Assembly (NCBI GenBank): GCA_051362555.1
Contig: CM120641.1
Span: 42,724,401-42,788,400 of the forward strand
Reading direction: 5' to 3'
Source: Lingula anatina
Taxonomy: Eukaryota; Animalia; Brachiopoda
DNA: 64,000 bases
Positions 55,140 to 64,000 of this stretch are shown here, one piece after another (the first letter of the stretch is position 1; each line of letters opens with the position of its first letter). Position numbers and translations under genes: made by a program. The notes under the pieces were generated by a model. It saw only the letters and a list, made by a program, of their open reading frames with translations. It did no database searches and was not told where the DNA came from.

Positions 55140-55606
55140 TCTGTGTGCCTTCCTACTCAGTATATAGACAAATCTTTACATAAAATCTCCCGGCTGAATG
55201 TCTCCTGTTGGTTGCTATGTCCGAGTGTTTATTTCTGGTTGCGCATGCTCAATTATTAAAATCCGATTTCTAACGGAAACCCCCGAATTAAATTCAACTG
55301 ATAAACAACAATTATTTATCTCACATATTGGTGATTACTTGTCAAAAATACAATTTTCATATCATTGGTCTAAGCATTAGGACGTATCCCCATCTTTTTA
55401 TAAAAAAATCTCATTTCTTATGTCGTATCGATGAGTGCACATTTCCCATTCTCTGTTAGTAAACTTTGAATTCTGTGAGCTTTTGCAACCAAAGTGAATT
55501 GTATTTTTAGATCAAATTAGCATTATGGAGAAGTTGCAATTTTGTCCTTGGAAATATATTTGACTTAATATTAATCCTGTGATGTGGATGCAATACAGCT
55601 GTTAAA
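55140..55606. promoter_or_regulatory. Probable bidirectional promoter of NME5/FBF1 with RFX-like, forkhead-like and NRF1-like motifs
   Basis: gttgctatg (55211-55219), atttctaacggaaac (55266-55280), tgtttat (55226), taaacaa (55302) and tgcgcatgctca (55240-55251). Confidence 0.55.
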
Positions 55607-58600
55607 ATGGACTCGGTAAGAATGTTATTATTGGCTTTACACTCATTCTGATCGACCCATTCTGTTGCCTCAGTATTTTTACCATTCTCAGCATATCTTT
55701 AGCAGACAATCGAATCGATAGCAATTATATATTAATTATATATTAATTGCAAAGTATCAGTGTACGTTGTCTTCATTGTATAGTATCATTAAATTCTCTC
55801 CAGTACATATTAGGCACTATTTGCATGCTCTCTGGTTTCAATATTGGTTGGATATCTGTCAGTTAATCAGTCTTTTGCTTTATTCAAGGGGTGGAAACCT
55901 GGTCAGGGAAGAAGGAGAGGTAAGTTTTAAAATTCTGAATGAAAATGATGATAGTATATTCAGAAAACTTCCTTGAAAAGCTATTTGAAAAAATTTTAAC
56001 GATTTAGCCCACAATCTGTAACAAAAGATGAATTTACAGTGTAATCATCATACAATACTTCATATGATATTGAGTAGACCTTGATTTCATGTTTTCTCTT
56101 GTTTATTTGTAGGGGGTGGAAAGGCAGCATCTCTAGATGATGAGCTAGGAGATTTACTGGGATCAGACACAGGTAAATATTTATTGTAGTTTATCAATAT
56201 TGCGCAAGCTGAAGCTTTTAATTGTAAAAATTCTAAGGCATTGTGTTAACTGTCATTAAGTAAATGATATGGTTGCTAATTTCATTAGTTGAATTGTAGA
56301 AGAGTCTGTTTGAAAAAACATAGTTGATTTTATTAGTAGGTGTTTATGGAAATGATTTCATTAAAAACAGATTAAGATTCATGATATTGCTGTTTATTGC
56401 ATTTATGCTATCATACTGAAATTTGTTTAATATCTTGATCAGATGAACCCAAAAAGAAGACAGGGGGCATGAAAAGAAATGAAGCTGTTCCAAATTTCCA
56501 AGATAAAGCTTATGTAAGTCACTGTGTGTTACAACAATGAACTGACATCTACCTGGAATGCCTGAAACTACTGACAGTGATTTGTATGCATGACACATTA
56601 CTGCATGAAATTTTTTTAAATCACACATTCCAGGCATACTATAATTTTTCTCATGGATATTTGAATCACTTAAATGTAGGTTATGTCAGGTAAACATAAT
56701 GTGTTGACATTTATTCTTTAGAACGGTGAATGTTTAGGTGTAAAAAAAAAAAAAAAGATTCTTGGTATGGTTTCTTAACCTTCTTTATTCTTTCAACTCA
56801 ATGTATCATTCCATTTCTTACAGGCAAAGTCTCTAAAAGGCAAAGGTGGCAAAAGGTGAGTCCTCATGTTCAAAATATGTTTTCTCCTAATATTATTGAA
56901 ATATCCAATTATCAATTTTTTTGTAACACTAATCAGTTGGGTTATTTCTTTTCATTCAAAATATCATCTAGACAATTTAAATGCTCCATATTTTGCACTT
57001 GTATTAATATGTGATTTTCTGTATATATGTAATAATATATGATATGGAATTAAATCAGTCAGAATTTATGAGTAATATTTTTATTTATCGTCATTATATT
57101 TATTTATATTCTGCTTTATCTGGCAGAGTGGTACTGCATCATTATATCATGTTAAAAACCTGCAACATATAAGCAACACATGAAATTTCAGGCATCAATT
57201 TCTTTATGGGGAGCCCAGTAATATTCATCTTTGTGGAACATTGTTTGTTATTACATTTTATTTCTGACACTAAAGTTAATTTACTAAGACTAATCTTGAG
57301 CAATAAATTCCCTTTGTTCTGTTACCAGTAGGGGCGGAGATGAAGATTTTTATGGCAAGTTAGCTGCAGACATATCTGGCCCATCTGATGAGTCAGAAGT
57401 ATCAGAGGCAAACCTTGATGAGTTGAACAAGACATTAGGGGTATGTGATGTCACACACTGCTCAGCTACACATTAAGAAGAAACTGAAAGAATACAGAGA
57501 AATATAGATAAGTAGATATTTGATAAAGAATTTCTATCATAATTTGCTTTAGGCAAACTTGTTTAAATGTTTACTTATTTACTATGATGTTACTTCTTTT
57601 AATTCAAATATTATTAGTAATATTCAGATATATAGTACGTCAATATTAGAATTAACAAAAATATCATGTTATTCAAGGATCTAGATGATATGGAATCAAG
57701 CTTATTTAGTTCACCTAAGAAAAAGAAATTACCAGCTAAAAGTCCAGTCAAGGCTGCTGCATCCACGGCACCTAAAACCCCTTCCCCAAAAGCATCCCCA
57801 GCAACTCCTAGAAAGAAAACTACAGCCATGGAGGAGCACAAAAAAGGGAAAAGCCCTAGAGCTGGTGGCAAAGATTCTTTAGGTGAGACTTGAGTCACTG
57901 GGTTATCTATATTGTAAATTGTTGTACAAGATACTTAGACAATTTATCATTTAAGGGAAAGTAATATGCTGTTTCATGTAATAAAGTGGAATACTGGAGC
58001 AAAATAAGACTGTCATTCACAAGTCAATATGTAACATTTAGCTACTGTTTTGAGTTTTCAGTTTTGTTAAATTAATTTTTAATTAACTGTGCTTTGGTTT
58101 AGATGATTTGCTGGCTGAAAAACCAGTAACTACAAAGGCAGCTGAAAGTACACCTACAAAAAGTAAAGCAAAGAAGATTGATTTTGGAGGTAAGTGTTAA
58201 CAAATATAGGAAAACAGACCAAATTATGCATTTTATAGTACAGTATTATTGAAAGATTCTCATCTCCTTTATAATTAAATTTTCTGAAATTGAAAATAAA
58301 CCTCATTAAAAAATGAGATATTTTCGGTGTTAATGTTTATTATACAGTGGTACAAAGGAGATTTTGTTTTCGCATTACTTACTCGCTACACCATTTGCTT
58401 ATTATGCAGTGATACAAAGGAGACTTCTGAGAAGTTTGCACAAAGATGAATGTGACCTTTTGTCCAGTTTGTGTAATTTACATACTTTTCTGTGATAGAT
58501 TTTGATGAAGATGATCCATTAGCTGGATTGCTGTCTGATGATGAAGATGAAGGAGGCAGGAAAAAGAGGCCAGCGAAGAAAAAACAGCAACAAAAACTTG

Positions 58601-59326
58601 CAGCTGAGAGTAAAACTGAAGAAGTGACAAAGACAGAGGGAAAAAATGAATCTTGGGATACTGACGAAGAAAGTTAGTTCTGCTTATGAATATTTTCTTT
58701 AAAAGTTGAAAGTAAAAAAAAAAGATCAATGAAAGTTGCAATCAAAAGTTCAATAATGATGAATGCAAGTTGTAAATTTGATATATTAATTTAAATGACA
58801 TATTTCAGCTGAACCAGCAAGCAAACCAGCCCTGGTACGACCTCCTACTAGAAGTGGTAGCCGTCCAACATCTAGCGAACCAAAGCCAGATCCTTCAGTT
58901 GAAGAAGTGGCACCTAAACTTGGAGGTTTGTGATATCTGGTATTATCATGGTAATTATGAACAAGATTTGTTAGAACTGTTTTTACAAATGCATACATAT
59001 GCACACAGGCATGAACACACACACACACATGCACACTTTGAATTCACAAAAAAAAATTAATTCATTTTGTATACTCTTTGTGTATTAGTTACCCCAAGAA
59101 AAGGTTCAGCTAATGCCCAGAAGAAAAGGGATGAGATTAACTTTGATGATGATGATGACAGTGGTGATCTCTTAGGAGGACTAAGCAGTCCAAGAAAGCA
59201 AAAAGAAACTTCTAAAGAAGGTAAAGTGTTGTAATTATTAGAAAGAATCCCTAGAGTTACCAGAATTTTAAATAATATCACATTTTGAAGATGAATGTGT
59301 TTGTTTGTGTGTAAGCAAGCATGTGA

Positions 59327-59415
<89 letters not shown>

Positions 59416-62400
59416 AAGGGATATAGAAAAGTATATGGTAAATTTTAGCTACCCCCACAAAGAAAACCACCACAGCCAATAAGAAGAAAGATGAGATAGA
59501 CTTTGATGACGACGACCTTTTGGGAGGTCTAGACAGCCCAAGAAAACCCAAAGAAACAAAAGCTAAGGAAAAGACCTCTATCATGGACTCTCTACTAGGG
59601 AAGAGTTCTGTGGATGAGCACTTAAAGAGGCCAGGCTCAGGACAGAGGACCTTCACGTTTGACAAGACAAAGCTGCCTCCTAAGAAAGAAGGTTTGTTCT
59701 TCTGAATTTAATGTCACACCAAACACACTCAGGACATTGTCTCACCTAAAACACTTAACACACTGTGTAATCTAACCTACCACACTTTCATTCACATTTC
59801 CGCTCGATATCTGCTCTATTAGATGAAATATTTACATTTCAGTTTTCATTTTACTTAATTGCTACACCATTTTCACATGAGGACACAGAAGACGTGACAA
59901 ACTGCGCATTTACATACTGGTGTGTGTTTTGGGTTGAATTGGTTAAAATAACATTTGATTAGTTTGTTAAACAGCTGCTTATTTAACTTCAGAAAAGCCA
60001 AAACAGAAAGATGAAGAGGATGAAGATTTTACATTTGGTGACTATATGCCAAGTGCTGCTAGCACAGGGAGACCCTCTTCCACTTTAAGAAGATCTGTGA
60101 GGTATGATCACTCTTGAAAATATCATGTCTAAGTTTGTCATAAGATTTAATTGATTGCCGAGAATTTCCATGAATGTGTATACTTAGAAAATGTATTAGA
60201 AAGTGAAGCATGTTCTATAAATTCTGATTACATTAACTAACCATTGTTTAGAACAAGTAGGATGTGTAATTGATTTTGAAATTCCCTTTTCACAGGTTCC
60301 AAGATGATGAAGACATGTTTGGTTTGTCCTCCAGTAAAGGAAGGTCAGGCATACCAGCAACTTTACAGCTAGATGAAGGAACTGATTGGTTGGATATGGC
60401 ATCTGGGACTAAATCTGACCAATCAGGTGCCAAGAAAACTACTGACTCAAACAAACAGTCCAAAGCAAAACAAGAGAGTGGATCAGATTGGCTGGGACTT
60501 AGTGCATCAAAGTCAGATGATGAAAATGATTGGTTAGGGTTATCTACTGCAAAATCAAAAACAAACAAAGCTAAATTGGCAGATAAATTGGAAGAAAGAG
60601 AAAAAGTGTCGCAGAAAGAAAGAACAGTTTCTCCAGATGATTGGCTGCGCCTAGGCTCTTCTAAAACTAAACAACCTGAGAAGAAAAGTGAACTGGGGCA
60701 CACTGCACAATCAGCAGCTAGTGGAAGGGGCCAATCACCAACAAGGTCAGAATCAAAAGAGCAGTCTGATTGGCTGGGACTAGGAAGCCCCAAACATAAC
60801 AGATCTTTCCAAGAAGAAGATCCATCTGATTGGTTAGGTGGCCCAAAGAAAACTCCAACTCAGCAGGATGGAAAGAAAGATGCTGCAGACGATTACTTGG
60901 GACTTGGAAAAGAAGTGTCAGCTCATGATTCCAGGTGAGGTTTTTATACATGAAATCAATGTTTTTATTGCATTCCTCTAATTTAGGTTTGGTTATTAGT
61001 CTCTAAATCCACATCTACTTAGTAGAGCAATATTTTTGTTGCATTTCTCTTAATTTAGCTTTGGTTATCCCTCTCTAACTCCACATCCATAAGGAAGAAA
61101 GAATGAGCTTAATGTTTTAAATTTCAAGTGTGAATATCTTTCTGTCTTGGGTTGGGATTATTTTGCATTACTTCATCTTTATTATTTTTTTCTTTTCGTT
61201 TTGTCACATGTTTGTGTTATACTTTAACACTTGTGTAGGGGGAGCCATTTGTCTAGTGCAGATGAGAGAGGGCTGGACTTGTTCTCTTCACCATCACCAA
61301 GAAGAACTAGGTAAGAGTTCTTAAGGGTGAAATAAAAATTATGTGAGTTTGGTTAGCAGTGATTATAGGGCTTGCACAAGTGTAAGCATGACTTCTTATC
61401 ATGTAGTTAGGTGTAATTGACTTAAAAAGGAATTTACATTGATCAACTTTAAAAAAAAAAAATTATTGCATTGTTAAAACATTATTTTGAGAACTTGAAC
61501 AAACAGCATGGTCACTTTCTACATGGAAGTTACCAGGGTTTCTTGTTTTTCACAGCACTCTCCCATGGGAAAGTGCAGCTAAAGCTGGGAGAAGAGCTAC
61601 ACAAAATGTGCCATCACAACAACAGTCACCTCGACAACAACCTCAACAACCAAAGCAAACAGGTAGATGTTGATATAGCGCGTCTTGCTTTATGCATAGA
61701 ATAAAGTGTGAGATCAGCTGTCTTTGTGTAAACTGTAGACACAGAACATAAATGTAAAGGTATTTTCTTCTCAAACAGAATCAAAGTAATCTTTGTGAGA
61801 ATATTTGTGTGATGGGAATTGAAAGCTAAAAATAAATCAGTGCTCTCTCTTTTTAGTCGCTGACAGTTCAACACCTGCACAACCCATTCAGGCTCAAACT
61901 TCCCTAGCTGCTCAAGTTCAAGACAGTATTATGACTCCCAAATTAGGAGAACCTCCTGTAGCAGAACTACCAGTAGATGTCTCTGTTCCCAAGACAGGGT
62001 TGGCCCTACAGATTGAACAGTTGCAGAAATTGCAGCAACAACAGCAACAAGAAGAGCAGCGACTACAGGAGGAAAAGTTAAAACAACAGCAGCAGTCCAT
62101 GTTGCAGATGCAGTTACAACAGGTAAAAAAAAATACAGCAACAACTTGGCAGTAAGTTATATCATTTGCCATTACTGTCACTGTATGTACACCACAATGG
62201 GTGCCAGTGGTCCGTGTTGGTAACATAAGAAATACTATGTTTGTGTTTACAGTAAAGAAATGTTTTTGTGGTTAAATTGTGGGTAAAAAGGTAAAGATTC
62301 AGATTCACTTTTCATTGCATAACACCTTTATTATTTTGTGGTTAAGAGTAGTAGGTATAATGTAACAGTTTCAGTGTTAGAGTTGTTTAAGAAGCAGTTT

Positions 62401-63777
62401 GTTTTTATCATAAATTTTAGGCAGAGATCCAAAAGCAGATACAACAACAACAGGAGCAGCAGCTTCTTGCTCAGCAGAAAGAGCTGATGGATCAGCAACT
62501 GAGAGAACATCAACTTAAGATGGAGAGAATGCAACAACAGCTGGCTACCTCTCAGCTAGTAAGGAAAGCCGTTTGTAGATTATTTATCAGTACAATCAGA
62601 ATCACAATGCACTTAAATCGAATAAAATAGTGTCATTTTATTTCTAAGCCTATCCAATTTACATGTTGGTGTATATTGCATTGTCATTTCACGTATCTAG
62701 TATTTACTGATGTCTTGGAAGATTGGTCATGTTATATGACTGATCACATGACCATGATGAATGAGAATCTCTACTTTTGTGGAACTCCACATTTCAACCA
62801 AATGTTCAGTAATCAATACTTAAGCTTAAAGTAGAAATTTGAAAAAGTTGAAGTACAGTTAGGGTCTCCACTTTCTTTATGCATTTTTCTTTCCTTTTTA
62901 CTTATGCCCTTGCTGACTAGGATACAACAAAATTATTGTTCATTGATAAACCATTATACTTACAGTTGTATATATTTGTTAAGTTACAGACACCTCCCAA
63001 TATAATGCATGTCCCGGGCTCTCCATACACTCCTAGTCCTACCCAGGCCATGATGGGTACTCTGCAGGATCCACAGTCTCTTGCCAAACAGAAGGCTGAA
63101 CTTGAAACCATAGTGGCGGAATTAGAAACCAAGGTAAAATACTACTACTTTCAGTTACAGCAGCACTGTTAACTTTTACAGCTACTAATACTGCTACCTA
63201 TCTATACATACATTTTTTCACAAACCTGTAAAAGGATTTTGAAACTGAAAAGAGGTAAGTTTAGATATAATATCAACATTGATATATTTTGATTTTGATT
63301 TGTTGGCCTATGTCATATTTTTATTAAATATTCCAGCTGAAAAAACTTGAACTGGAGAAAGAACATCTTCAGTCGACAATTGAGAGCACAAAGAACCTGC
63401 ATCAGGAGGAGATGAAAACCATTGAATCAATTCACAAGTAAACACACATAACAGTTGCATCTTAGACGGCTTTCTCTCCATCTCATGTCTTGTACATAGT
63501 GATAACTAATACATGCAGAAAACTAAACTTAATTTACTTTCAGATAAGAATATGTTTTCCACTCTAAACAAAGAGTAAACTTGCTGTGCTATCAAAACTC
63601 AGCTTTTATTTTTTCATAGAATTATAGGTGATAATGTAATGATAACGAAGGTATCCATGAGGAGTGGTTTTCTTGGGATGTCAGAGATGTTTGAAGCTAT
63701 TCTTATGATTTGTTTATTTATTTTAACAGAGGCAGAATTCAGATGATTGAAGAATCCTACCAAAGAAGGGAAGCAAG
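55607..63777 (+). CDS. FBF1: Fas-binding factor 1 (centriole distal appendage / transition fibre protein), 5' part; the gene continues beyond the window
   Basis: SLDDELGDLLG, SEVSEAN.....GDLDDMESSLF, FTFGDYMPS...RRSVRF, DWL repeats, and ELETKLKKLELEK...HQEEMKTIESIHKGRIQMIEESYQRREAR, colinear with remembered FBF1 blocks. About 20 exons are visible. Confidence 0.8.
59326..59412. repeat. Compound (TG)(TA)n(GA)n microsatellite
   Basis: Seen directly in the sequence. Confidence 0.97.
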
Positions 63778-64000
63778 GCAAGGATTTGTTAGAATTACTT
63801 TAATATTGGCAGTTATTGAAACTCAGCTTGAGATTATCAGCTTACCAAATACCCCATTTAAACACTCTCATATCAGTGATACTAAACATTATTTCTCACT
63901 GTTTCTGATATTTTCATTGTTTTTTTATATATTTGAAACTGTCCTTACATATATAATATCACATTACTGATATTAATTACTGTTATAGGCATTACATTTA

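Noticed and set aside
62754-62917. Possible intronic C/D snoRNA (atgatga ... ctga)
   Set aside because: The boxes are far apart, and I found no terminal stem or recognisable rRNA antisense element.

Overview
Gene-dense, AT-rich eukaryotic (metazoan) genomic DNA with short spliceosomal introns. The repeat types suggest a lophotrochozoan such as a mollusc, which is an inference. Nine protein-coding genes were assembled by eye from exons and splice sites: the 3' end of TBL3/UTP13 (+), a 32-exon ABCC1/MRP1-like transporter (+), a PhyH-family 2OG-Fe(II) dioxygenase (-), then three consecutive head-to-head pairs RRP7A(-)/NAA60(+), REXO5(-)/ERI2(+) and NME5(-)/FBF1(+, running out of the window). The most striking non-genic structure fills ABCC intron 7. 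It is a ~7.5-kb nested stack of Helentron/HINE-like elements, each with sub-terminal inverted repeats, hairpins and its own satellite array, plus a young 5'-truncated L2/CR1-type LINE. Other notable features are a U12-type AT-AC intron in NAA60, two tiny palindromic insertions with 7-bp target duplications, a nested foldback MITE, an exon-seeded 29-bp minisatellite, a decayed copy of the dioxygenase 3' exons, altered substrate-pocket residues in the MRP, and apparent conserved linkage with human 16p. Gene identities come from my recollection of homologous sequences, not from database searches. I found no evidence for a prokaryote-style system such as CRISPR or retrons.
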